This document shows positions 1 through 11,760 of a stretch of 64,000 bases of DNA, piece by piece. The DNA lies in contig NC_086108.1 in NCBI RefSeq assembly GCF_963921235.1, forward strand, positions 43,216,001 to 43,280,000, in the 5' to 3' direction. The DNA is from Mobula hypostoma. Its lineage: Eukaryota. The notes below the pieces were generated by a model that made no database searches, had not been told where the DNA came from, and saw nothing but the letters and a program-made list of their open reading frames with translations. A program made the position numbers and the translations under genes. Every line of letters starts with the position of its first letter. Within the stretch, counting starts at the first letter, position 1.

Positions 1-1607
1 GGTAAATTGAAGGGATTAAAGGCAGATAAATCCCCAGGGCCAGATGGTCTGCATCCCAGAGTGCTTAAGGAAGTAGCCCAAGAAATAGTGGATGCATTAG
101 TGATAATTTTTCAAAACTCGTTAGATTCTGGACTAGTTCCTGAGGATTGGAGGGTGGCTAATGTAACCCCACTTTTTAAAAAAGGAGGGAGAGAGAAACC
201 AGGGAATTATAGACCGGTTAGCCTAATGTCAGTGGTGGGGAAACTGCTGGAGTCAGTTATCAAAGATGTGATAACAGTACATTTGGAAAGCGGTGAAATC
301 ATCGGACAAAGTCAGCATGGATTTGTGAAAGGAAAATCATGTCTGACGAATCTCATAGAATTTTTTGAGGATGTAACTAGTAGAGTGGATAGGGGAAAAC
401 CAGTGGATGTGGTATATTTGGATTTTCAAAAGGCTTTTGACAAGGTCCCACACAGGAGATTAGTGTGCAAACTTAAAGCACACGGTATTGGGGCTAAAGT
501 ATTGATGTGGTTAGAGAATTGGTTAGCAGACAGGAAGCAAAGAGTGGGAATAAACGGGACCTTTTCAGAATGGCAGGCAGTGACTAGTGGGGTACCGCAA
601 GGCTCAGTGCTGGGACCCCAGTTGTTTACAATATATATTAATGACTTGGATGAGGGAATTAAATGCAGCATCTCCAAGTTTGCGGATGACACGAAGCTGG
701 GCGGCACCGTTAGCTGTGAGGAGGATGCTAAGAGGATGCAGGGTGACTTGGATAGGTTGGGTGAGTGGGCAAATTCATGGCAGATGCAATTTAATGTGGA
801 TAAATGTGAAGTTATCCACTTTGGTGGCAAAAATAGGAAAACAGATTATTATCTGAATGGTGGCCGATTAGGAAAAGGGGAGGTGCAACGAGACCTGGGT
901 GTCATTATACACCAGTCATTGAAAGTGGGTATGCAGGTACAGCAGGCAGTGAAAAAGGCGAATGGTATGCTAGCATTTATAGCAAGAGGATTCGAGTACA
1001 GGAGCAGGGAGGTACTACTGCAGTTGTACAAGGCCTTGGTGAGACCACACCTGGAGTATTGTGTGCAGTTTTGGTCCCCTAATCTGAGGAAGGACATCCT
1101 TGCCATAGAGGGAGTACAAAGAAGGTTCACCAGATTGATTCCTGGGATGGCAGGACTTTCATATGAAGAAAGACTGGATGAACTGGGCTTGTACTCGTTG
1201 GAATTTAGAAGATTGAGGGGGGATCTGATTGAAACGTATAAAATCCTAAAGGGATTGGACAGGCTAGATGCAGGAAGATTGTTCCCGATGTTGGGGAAGT
1301 CCAGAACGAGGGGTCACAGTTTGAGGATAAAGGGGAAGCCTTTTAGGACCGAGATTAGGAAAAACTTCTTCACACAGAGAGTGGTGAATCTGTGGAATTC
1401 TCTGCCACAGGAAACAGTTGAGGCCAGTTCATTGGCTATATTTAAGAGGGAGTTAGATATGGCCCCTGTGGCTACGGGGATCAGGGGGTATGGAGGGAAG
1501 GCTGGTACAGGGTTCTGAGTTGGATGATCAGCCATGATCATAATAAATGGCGGTGCAGGCTCGAAGGGCCGAATGGCCTACTCCTGCACCTATTTTCTAT
1601 GTTTCTA
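1..1607 (+). mobile_element. CR1-clade LINE, 3' part with intact ORF2 RT (young copy), antisense within an LRRC39 intron
   Basis: 503-aa stop-free ORF with KSPGPDG, YLDFQKAFD, GVPQGSVLGP and KFADD. The 3' UTR ends in a ctatgtttcta tail. Confidence 0.95.
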
Positions 1608-3814
1608 TTACATGTAAAAGCCGGGGGTAGCAAGCACAGGAAACCTTGGAAGTCGAAGGAGATTGGCAGTTGGAGAAAGGAAAAGGATGCACATGACAGG
1701 TAAAGATAATCAATGATGAGGAAGACTATCGAACATAAAAAGTGTAGGGAGACACCTGTAATGGAAATTCAGAAGGTTGAGGGGTCATCAAAAAATAACA
1801 ATCGGCAGATGGGGATAAGGCAAACTCAAAGACGGTCTATAAATATATTAAGGGCAAAGCAATAGCCGGGGGAAAGCGATGCCCATTATCGACAGTATGG
1901 ACAATCTGTATGTGGAGTGAGAATATACTGGTGTGGTCCAAAATAAATGCTTTTCATCAGTATTCATAAAGACAGACTCTGTAATTGGAAAATTCAGTGA
2001 AGGGATAGCATGGATCTTCATATACAAAGAGGAAATACTCAATGCCTTAGTGAGCTTAAAGGTGGATTAGTTTCAAGGACCAAATAGGATTTATCACACA
2101 CTGCTGTGGGTGACAGAGGCAAGGGAAGAGATTGCTGGAGGTCTCAATGAGATTTTTATTTATCTTCTGTAGATACAAGTGAGGCACCAGATGACCAAAG
2201 GACATAACAGGGCCCTCTTTTTCAAGCAAGGCAGCAGAAGTCTAGTAATTATGGACATGCAAGCTTAGCAGCTGTACGAAAAATCCTGGAAACAATTCCT
2301 AAGGAGAGGATTGATGATTACTTGGAAAGGCAGTAACAAGTCAATGATAGCCAACTGACCTGACTGAAGGCCTGACCCACAGGACAACCAGAGGCCTTCA
2401 GCAGCCAATTCCACATCAAGCCTCGCAGACTCAACTAGGCACAGCCAGTCAACTAGAAAATGCGGTAGAAGGGCTGGGCTACGGGGTGAGACTGAAACAG
2501 TACAATTTCAAGTCATCCTTCCCCTTCTTACTCCCAGCAAATATCCAAGCCATTGGAAGTAAAGTAGATGACTTCATACTAGACTTGCCCATCAATGGGA
2601 ACTGATCAACTGTTGTGCACTCTTGTCCTACCAGGATATGGCTCACCCCTGCTTTGCCTGACTATGCCAAACAATCCGAGGGTTTCTCAATTCGCTGGAT
2701 GGACTGCGCAGTGTCCTCAGGCAAAGTTAGAGGCAGAGAGGTCTGCTTAGTAATCAATACCTTGTGGTGCTCAAATGTGACAGAGTTGGTAAACTCCTAC
2801 TCTCCCAGCCTGGAATATCTAACAATGAAGTGCTGTCCATACTACCTGCCACGGCAGTTCACCTCAGCTATCCTAACAGCAGTCTACATCCTACTCCAGG
2901 TAGACATGGAACCTGCACTCAATGAGCTATACTCTTTGGTCAACAGCCTTGAAATAGGATACCCTGAGGCACTCTTCGTCATCACCAGTGACTTCAACCA
3001 AGCCAACTTCAAGAGCGTGTTACCACAATACTACCAGCATGTCCCTCGTTTCACCAGGAGGCTGGGTGGGACTACAACCAGAGGTCATGGGTGAAAGGTG
3101 AAAAATTTAAGGGAAACATGACGGGAAGCTTCTTCACTCAGAGGGCCGAGAGAGTGTGGAATGAGTCGCCAGCGCAAGTGGTGCATGTGAGCGCGATTTC
3201 AGCGTTTAAGAGAAGTTTGGATAAGTACATAGATGGTAGGGGGATGGTAGGGGTATAGAAGGCTATAGTCCCCGTGCAGGTCAATGGGAGTAGGCAGTTT
3301 AAATGGTTTCAGCATGGACTAGATGGGCTGAAGGGCCTGTATCTGAGCTGCATTTCTCTATGACTTTAAATTTCACTACCCATTGCAACAGCACCAACAT
3401 ACCTGTACCTACAGTCACCACTACAGATCTTGGATGGAAATGATCAGGCCTGAATGGTGACCTCCCACAACTCCCCCCTGCCCCACCCCGAACCATTTCC
3501 TCAGGTCTGGGGCAGATCATCTGGCAGGGGATTTGCAGACAGTTTAAACCTCTTCTTAGTCCAATCTGAGATTCCAACCTGCTTGAAGGAGTCTATCATC
3601 AACCCAATGCCAAATAAAAAAAAAATAGGGTAATATACCTCAATGACTAATCCCCCCAATGGCTTTGCATCCACCATTATGAAGTGTTCAGGGGACTTGG
3701 TTATAGCACACGTTCACTCCAGCCTCCCCGACAACCTCAATTCACTGCATTTCACCTACCGCCAAAACAGGTCCATAACAAATGTCATCCCTCTGTCCCG
3801 GCACATCTCGAGAA

Positions 3815-4880
3815 CAGCGGTCCCCAACCACCGGGCCACGGACCGGTGGAGGGCCGTAAGGCATGTGCTACTGGGCCGCGAGGAGACAATATGATTTGGC
3901 GATAGGAGTCAGCTGCACCTTTCCTCATTCCCTGTCATGCACTGTTGAGCCATTACGCATGCAAGGTCATGACCCACGCATCATCCATGTGAGCGCGGGA
4001 AGGAGATCAACTCCTGAAGCTTGTGATTGATGGCGGGCTGAAAAGTATGTTTGACATAACATCTCTGCCGGCATTCTGGATCAAAGTCAAGGCTAAATAT
4101 CCTGAGATAGCCACGAAAGCACTGAAAACGTTGCTTCCATTTCCAACATGTCTCTGCAATGAATGCAACGAAAACTAAATTGCAGAATAGACTGGACATA
4201 AGGAACCCCCTTCGAGTATCGCTGTCTCCCATCACCCCTCGATGGCACCGTCTTGTTGCAGGGAAACAAGCCCAGGGCTCCCACTGGTTCAGCGATATTG
4301 GTGTGTTGCAATGATTTTATATATTCATACGAGGAAAATATGTGCTGTGTGTTTAATATCCAAATGTTACTTAAAATGTGATGATGCTATTGACTTATAA
4401 GTGACTTAAGTAACCATATAACAATTACAACACGGAAACAGGCCATCTCAGCCCTTCTAGTCCGTGCTGAATGCTACTCTCACCTAGTCCCACCGACCTG
4501 CACTTAGCCCATAACCCTCCATTCCTTTCCTGTCCATATACCTATCCAATTTTTCTTTAATAATATCGAACCTGCTTCTGCCACTTCTACTGGAAGTTCG
4601 TTCAACACTTACTTCAAGCTCCCCTGATAACTGACTTATCGCTATATACACGCAAGGAAAATAATGTTTAATATTAAATTCATTAGATTAAACCCTTTTA
4701 GAAATGAAATTGAGTGTATTAGCCACTTATCACCTATATTCCGGTTGTGATTAACACCCCCCCCCCCAATAGAATAGCCAAAAACGATTTGCAGAAAAAA
4801 AATAGGCAGGTACACGCATGCACACTGGTGCCCACGCAAGGGTTCATGGTCATTGTAGTCTTTCTCTGGGTAAACAAACA
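3815..4880 (+). mobile_element. Internally deleted Charlie/Buster hAT element, right TIR not seen; contains a CR1 3' fragment (about 4412-4605, minus)
   Basis: Left TIR CAGCGGTCCCCAACC. The internal sequence (FWIKVKAKYPEIATKALKTLLPF) matches the copies at 46675 and 58446. Confidence 0.8.
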
Positions 4881-5220
4881 CACACATCTCCCAACTCTTG
4901 GACCTGGGACTTAGCATCCACTTCTACGACTGGATCCTTGACTACCTGACCAGCAGACTGTAATTAGTAAGGATAGGCAGCAACACCTCTGACATCTTTG
5001 ACACTGGTGCCACACAAGGCTGCATCCTCATCCCCCTACTCCCTGTGCATTTACAACTGCACGGCCAGATTCTGCTCCATCTCCATCTGCAAGTGGGTCA
5101 CATCTCAAATAACGGTAAGTCAGAGTACAGGAACAAAATAGAAAGCCAGTGACACAGTGTCAGTGACAATCTTTCTCTCAGTGTCAGCTAAACAAGATAC
5201 CTGGTCATTAACTTTAGGAG

Positions 5221-5381
5221 CAACACACACAAAATGCTGGAGGAACTCAGTAGGTCCGACAGCACCTACAGAAAAGATGCTTACTCTTTTCCATAGATGC
5301 TGCCTGACCTGCTAAGCTCCTCCAGAATTTTGAGTGTGTTGCTTTGGATCTCCAGCACCTGCAGGCTTTCTTGTGTTTGTG
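5221..5381. mobile_element. Penelope-derived fold-back mini-element (older)
   Basis: Inverted arms caacacacacaaaatgctggaggaactcag / ctcctccagaattttgagtgtgttg plus a tail. Imperfect 13-bp TSD attaactttagga / attaccttcagga. Confidence 0.7.
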
Positions 5382-6099
5382 ATTACCTTCAGGAACTGGG
5401 TTGAAGCACAAGCTCCTGTATCAGTGATGCTGAGGTAGAAATGGTCGAGAGCCTCAAGTTCCTAGATGTAAACTTCACCAACGACCTGTCCTGGTCCAAC
5501 TAAGTAAACATTACAGCCAAGAAAGATCACCAAAGCTGAGGAAATGTGGCAGGTCCCCATTCATCCTATTTTTTTTTTGGTTACAGATGCACCATAGAAA
5601 GCATCCTATCCTGAAGTATCACTGCTTGATATGGCAACTGCTCTGCCAAAAACCACATGAAACTGTAGAGAGTTGTTGACACAGCTCGGTCCATCACATA
5701 AACCAGCCTTCCTTCCATTGTCTATACTTCCCTTTACCTCAGAAAAGCAGCCAATGTAACCCCTCCCACATGGATATTCTCTCCCCTACGCCCTCCCATT
5801 AGATGGAATATACAAACGCCTGAAAATAGGCTCAACCAGGCTCAAAGACAGCTTTTATCCCACTGTTAAAGACTCCTAACTGAACTTAACCTTACAATCC
5901 ACCTTTTCATGACTCTTGCACCTAATTTGTCTACCTGCATTGCATCTCCTGCGACTGTAACATATTCTGCATTTTGTTGCTCTTCCCTTTGTACTACCTC
6001 AATATACTTATGATTTGAAATAATCTGTATGAACGGCATGCAAAGCAAGGTTTTTCTGCTATATCTCAATTCATATGACAATAATAAACCAATTCCTAA

Positions 6100-7315
6100 T
6101 ACAACACGACTTTGTCAAGGGCAGATCCAATCAAACCAATTTAATCAAAATCTTCAAAAGAAGTAATAATGTGCACCAATAAGGGAAGAGCAGTGTATGT
6201 GAATTACATGGACTTAAGCAAGGCCTTTGCCAGAGTCCCATATGGGATACTAGTTGAAATGGTAAGGGACCATGAGACCCCCGGAAAGTTGTTGACTGTA
6301 TCCAAAATGGGTTTGTCAATGGGAGATACAGGGTGAAGGCAGAGGATTGTGTTGATGATTGGAGCCTATGAGTGGTGGTGTTCCATAAGGATCAGTACTC
6401 AGGCCCTTGCTGTTCGTAACATACCTAAATGACTTGGACGTGAATGTGGAAGGCGCGATCTGTAAGTTTGTGGATAGCATGAAGATTGACGGGATTATTG
6501 ACAGCATGGAAGGTGCACAAAGAGTTACCTACAATTTGCTGAAAATGGCTGATGGAAATTAATCCAGAAAAATGAGGTCATGTATTTTGGGAATACTAAG
6601 GTTAGGATATACATCATCAATGGCAGGATGTTAGGGTGTATTGAGGAACAGAAGGAATTTGAAGTACAAGTCTTCAGATGCTTTCAAGTGGTAACACGGG
6701 TAGACAATGTACTTAGGAAGGCATATGAAATATTGGCCTTCATTAGCTGGGAAATTTAATACAGAGGCAGGAAAGTTATACTCCAACTTTATGAAACCTT
6801 GGTCGGATCTCAGTGAACTACAGCATGAATTTCTGGTCACCGTGCCACAGGAAAGATGTGGTAGCACTAGAGATGCTGCAAAGGAGATTCACCAGGATGC
6901 TGGCTGGGATGGAGTGTTGTAGTTATGAGGAGACACTGGAGAAGCCTTATCTGTTCTCCCCAAAACAGGGGGGATTAAGAAGAGAAATGATTGATGTATA
7001 TATAATATTGACAAGTATAGACAGGAATTTTTTCCTTCTTATCAAAAGCCAGATAAAATTAAAGGACATAGATTTAATAAAGGAGAAGATATTGAGGGTA
7101 TAAGAGAGGGATCTTCTGCACCCAGAGAGTGGTAACTGTCTAAAGCTGAGTTTTCAACAAAATTTAGATGTCTAGATGAACACTTGAATTGTCAAGGCAT
7201 AGAAGGCTATGGACTAAATAATGGGAAATGGGATTAATATGGAATGGTGCCCATAAACTCTTGTGTTTGAGTTGACTTGAAAGGCATGTTTCCTCCATCC
7301 TTGTGAGGTTCTATG
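6100..7315 (+). mobile_element. Decayed CR1 3' fragment
   Basis: Remnants FWSPCHRKDVVALEMLQRRFTRML; many stops. Confidence 0.75.
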
Positions 7316-7559
7316 ACCTTTATAAACCTAATTCCCCCCCCCCACACACACACACACACATTCTATGATATGTATGGTTGATGAATTAAATAACTTTGAT
7401 ACAACATGAAGTATTTAATTTCACTTAAATTGGTATTTAATACAAGTAGTTTTTATTATGATAAAGCCATCTGTGTGGCAATTACTGGATTGTAATTGGA
7501 CAGCTGGTCCTTAATCCTAAGATTTTCTTGTTTCTTTAAAAATATATACATACAGCATA

Positions 7560-8900
7560 CGGAACAAATAAGATAATTGGTCTGTGATTGCATGTTCCGG
7601 TTTGTGACCATACTGATGAATGTGCCCTCCTGATCATGAATCTGTCAAGCAATGCTGAACAAACACTACAAGAAGCTCCTAAAATCAAAAAAACAACTGA
7701 CTGATGGCACTGCTGACCCTGTCCCTCATAATAAAGTCAAGCAAATTCTCACCAATCCTCCAAAAGCTGAAGAGGTCCAATTAAAATTAACAAATGAAGA
7801 ATAGAAATGCACAGGTCCTGATGAAGTGCTAACTGGACTGTTGACAGTGGGAGACAGAAACGCAGAGTCTGTCAGTTATTCCTCAAAACTCTCACATATT
7901 GAAGAATTCCTCACTGACTAATACAACAGCAATACCTTTATTACCTTATCGCCTTGAAAAAAATGTCACCAGTTCAATTATGGAAGCCACCAAGACATTG
8001 CTTTGCAACACACATAAAAGTTACTGCTGAACGCAGCAGGCCAGGCAGCATCTCTAGGAAGAGGTACAGTCGACGTTTCGGGCCGAGACCCCGAAACGTC
8101 GACTGTACCTCTTCCTGGAGATGCTGCCTGGCCTGCTGCGTTCACCAGCAACTTTTACGTGTGTTGCTTGAAATTCCAGCATCTGCAGATTTCCTCGTGA
8201 AGACATTGCTTTCCTCTCCATCACTTGGAAGACAGTCAAGTTCTAAAATAACCAGTGTGGCTTCAGATTATCACAGGCTACTAGGTACATGATTTCTGCA
8301 AATGTCTGAAGTTTAATAAGACTGCTGCAAAACACCAGCCACAGGAGGTCTAATCCAGGAAAGGCATCAACAACACCACCTTGAACTGTATGTTGCCTTC
8401 ATTGAGCTTTGACTGTTAATCAAAAGACTCCTGTGGGATTCCTTCATTCTGTATAGCACCCCTAGCAGAGAGCACTTTACATTCTGAAAGGGCATAAAAC
8501 AGGATAGCGTTCACCATTTTCCCAGTAGCAATGAGAATGCCAACCCAATGCAGTCTGCCATGTATCATCAGTATCCAATATCAAACTGACAGTAACCTGT
8601 TCAGTATCACTCACCCCCTGCTGAGGAGGATATAATGTTAAAGGTAACAGCCAAATTCCTGTGCACAGATATCATTATTAAAAACCCATAGGAGGATGTA
8701 TGAGATAACCTCACACAAGTTCACAGACAAACCCGAACATGGGCAAAACAAATCCATCTCATTCATGTTGAATAACCAACAAACTAAGCAAACAAATTAC
8801 TGATTAAACAACAGGAATCTGGAAAATGTGGAACATGCCATCCCTACCAGAGGGAAAATTAAAGACACTGAGATTCAGCACAGAATCTGATGAGCCAACA
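7560..8900 (+). mobile_element. Highly decayed RTE-like LINE
   Basis: Remnant motifs KCTGPDEV (about 7805), LYVAFI (about 8385) and TDSNLF (about 8585). Confidence 0.45.
8005..8199. mobile_element. Penelope-derived fold-back mini-element with 13-bp TSD
   Basis: About 78-bp near-perfect inverted arms (8005-8082 / 8090-8167) plus a 32-nt tail. TSD AAGACATTGCTTT at 7992-8004 and 8200-8212. The arms match the 3' end of the Penelope element at 57146-57220. Confidence 0.9.
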
Positions 8901-9733
8901 TGTTCAATAACTATAACTTCTTGAGATTAGTTTGCAAGTAGTGGTAAATCCACTTCTTCTCTATAAAGTCCTGATTAACCCACAGGAAAATCCAGTGAAA
9001 CCTAGACCACCAGCTCACTTCCTTTACAAAACCCACAGTATAAATAGGGAAGATCCGTAGCGTTAACACCTTGGCGATCTATCAACAACTGAGGTTGAGA
9101 TTGAGCAAGCGCTGTGTATATCTAATCCACAGCCACCTGAATTATTGCCTTGCCCAATCTATCCAAGGGAAAAGAAATGGGATGACCAAATGAAAAAGAC
9201 TGATTTCCCAGACCATATAGAAACTAAGTTTGTCCCAAACAAAGTTTCTGATTATAAAGAATAACTTAAAATAATGTTTTAATTTTACGTTAAAGCTAAT
9301 TATCCCACATTTTCTTTAACGGGAAAGCTTTCCTCCTGATGTGTGGGCTTCTGTATTTTATACTAAATAATCACACCCAAAGGATCAGGGGAATTAATTA
9401 TCATTAAACCATTAAAATGAACATCCTGTATTTACGTTACTAGGACATGAGAAATAACCTGCGTTTGTTTTGGGTTCCTGATTTCAGAAGTTTCCAGGGA
9501 GCCTTCGGGCCAATTGAAATGCAGTCTTTCTTGTGTTTACTTACTGTGTCAACGTGGTGCAGGTACGCTGGGTTTCACTAACACTTATTACTGAGGCTTT
9601 TGTCAAAATGCACTGGAACAAGCTGCATAGACACGAAACATTCGGCCCATCTAGTTCCTGCCCGGAACGCCCAGCCCACCTCCATTCCCCACCCTTCATG
9701 TCCTCACCTCCCGTGACTTTAGGAGTCACTGAC

Positions 9734-9839
9734 CTTCCACGCTTCGTTCTCAATCTTCAGCACAACCCTTCCCTCTGTTGTGATCACTTTCTCTTTCAAC
9801 CTGGCCAGATTTATTCGCTCCTGCCATACCACCGTTACC
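9734..9839 (-). CDS. LRRC39: LRRC39 second coding exon; later exons not found in window
   Basis: 106-bp exon, gcacag/GTCAGT, in phase with the previous exon. VTVVWQERINLARLKEKVITTEGRVVLKIENEAWK resembles [31 protein letters not shown]. Confidence 0.92.
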
Positions 9840-9922
9840 CTGTGCAGAGGTGAAATGGTTATAAACCGTCACAAGAGAATCGGTTTTAACCTTGCGCAGG
9901 TTTAACCGCTACCTGCACTCAC

Positions 9923-10050
9923 CCCTTCAGCCCCTTCCTTCTGGACAACTCCTTTTCTCTCTCTCGGTCTTCTTTGAATTGCTGAATCCTTCCTTCCCAA
10001 AGTGCTTTGACACTACCAACCGTGCCGGCGCAGACCGCCAACGCTTTCAT
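9923..10050 (-). CDS. LRRC39: LRRC39 first coding exon (exon probably begins at 10111)
   Basis: MKALAVCAGTVGSVKALWEGRIQQFKEDREREKELSRRKGLK resembles the recalled LRRC39 N-terminus ([29 protein letters not shown]). Donor GG/GTGAGT; upstream acceptor ttttacccgcag at 10112-10113. Position next to DBT matches vertebrate synteny. Confidence 0.9.
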
Positions 10051-10182
10051 GGTGTGAGGCAGATCCCGAGGGTCATCGCATGGTCCCGGTGGATCTCCGC
10101 GCCGTGAGAGACTGCGGGTAAAACAAATATTAACACCCCGAGAGAGGGCCGCGGGAACGCCTCCTTCCCAAAACACACTCAC

Positions 10183-10265
10183 CCACCCAAAGTGGGATCT
10201 GCTGATCTCATTCCCCCAGCCCCGATCGTGCACTGAAGCTGGCTGGTTCACTATGGTCTCAGCTG
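10183..10265 (-). other. LRRC39: Putative non-coding 5' UTR exon of LRRC39 (5' boundary uncertain)
   Basis: Strong donor TGG/GTGAGT at 10182-10181 pairs with the acceptor at 10113-10112, giving a 71-nt intron. Confidence 0.5.
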
Positions 10266-11279
10266 TTATCTACATTAAATTGGTTTTCTTCTGCTGCTGC
10301 TGTTTAACTAATTGTGCGGGAGAGCTCGTGTTGTATTTTGTTTTGCTTCGGAACGGAGTGTACTTGAAATAAAAGCCCGAAACCATCTCAGTCAGACAAT
10401 GGAATTAAATCTCAAACCCTACCCGTGCTTCGGTCAACCGGTTGCTCCTCATTAGAATAGCTCCACGTGGTAATCCAAGGGCGAAATGTGATGCTGGTCT
10501 AAATTTAACCCACGACACAAATAAAGAGACGACCAGCTGGCCCAACGCCCGGGACCTAGGATTGACATTAGAACCGACATTTTGGTTACTGAATGTCGAT
10601 GACTAATTTTGTTTTATTGTGAACATGTATACACTCAGTTGCCACTTTATTGGGTACCACCTGGTTCGTGGTCTTCTACTGTTGGTTCAAGGTTCGACGT
10701 GTGGGTTCCGAGATGCTTCTCTGCAAACCATTGTTGTAAAGGGTGGTTATCTGAGCTGCTATCGCCTTCCAGTCAGTTTGAAATAGTCTGGCCATTCTCC
10801 TCCGACCTTTCTCATTGGATTGCCGCTCGTTGGATTTTTTTTGTTTCCCACCACTCACTGTTCTTTTAAAAAAAAAATCTAGACTGCTGTCCGTGGAAAA
10901 ACCTGGAAAATTAGCAGTTTCTGAGATGCTCATAAGTCATAGGAGCAGAATTAGGCCACTTGGCCCGTCGAGTCTGCTCCGCCATACACTCAGGGCTGAT
11001 CCATTTTCCCCTCCTCAGCCCTGCTCCCCGGCCTTCTCCCCGTAGCCTTTGATGCCGTGCCCATTCAAGAACCTATCAACCTCGCTTTAAATACACCCAA
11101 TGACCTGGCCTCCACAGCTGCCTGTGGTAACAAATTCCACAAATTCACCACTCTCTGGCTAAAGAAACTTCTCCGCATCTCTGTTTTAAATGGACGACAC
11201 TATATTGTGAGGCTATGCCCTCTTGTCCTAGACTCCCTCGCTATGGGAAACATCCTTCCCACATCTACTCTGTCTAGTC

Positions 11280-11373
11280 TGTATCTTGTTTTACGGCAGC
11301 TTAATGGTGCATTACCGACACCCTCTGCTCCAGAATGTGCACTAGACATACATTCTAAATCCCTTCACCCAAT

Positions 11374-11425
<52 letters not shown>

Positions 11426-11760
11426 CAAACCTACACTTCACCCTCCCATCTTTGACCATCCTAGTATCCTATTCCTGTTTATTCGTCATATTCTATAAAA
11501 AACCCCTGTACCCCTTAAAAACGCTAAAAAAAAAATACCCGGACTTGTGCTCTCTCACCCATGCCCAGCAACCCTTTTAGTGTGAATTCCTGCATCCCCA
11601 ATTCCCTTAGTTTAATTCTCGTCATCTCTCTCTGTATCCCATACTTCCTGCAATTCAGAACTACATGTTCTACTGACTCCTCTTCCTGACATTCCTCACA
11701 CAATCCTGTCTGGCGTTTCCCTATCATTTTTAATGTTTTCTTTAATGCACAATGCCCCAG
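11280..11760 (-). mobile_element. 5'-truncated I/Nimb-like LINE inside CR1, 12-bp TSD
   Basis: C-terminal CCHC knuckle TGLCEECQEEESVEHVVLNCRKY. TSD CTCTGTCTAGTC at 11268-11279 and 11761-11772. Confidence 0.75.
11374..11426. repeat. Compound (CA)n(TA)n microsatellite
   Basis: Directly visible. Confidence 0.95.

Larger units (their letters stand above)
2400..6097 (+). mobile_element. Decayed Rex1/Babar-type LINE interrupted by CR1, hAT and fold-back inserts
   Basis: Endonuclease remnant (LEYL..KCCPYYLPRQFTSAILTAVY, DFNQANFKSVLP.YYQHV), RT remnants at 4890-5700, and a 3' end gacaataataaacc. Confidence 0.7.
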
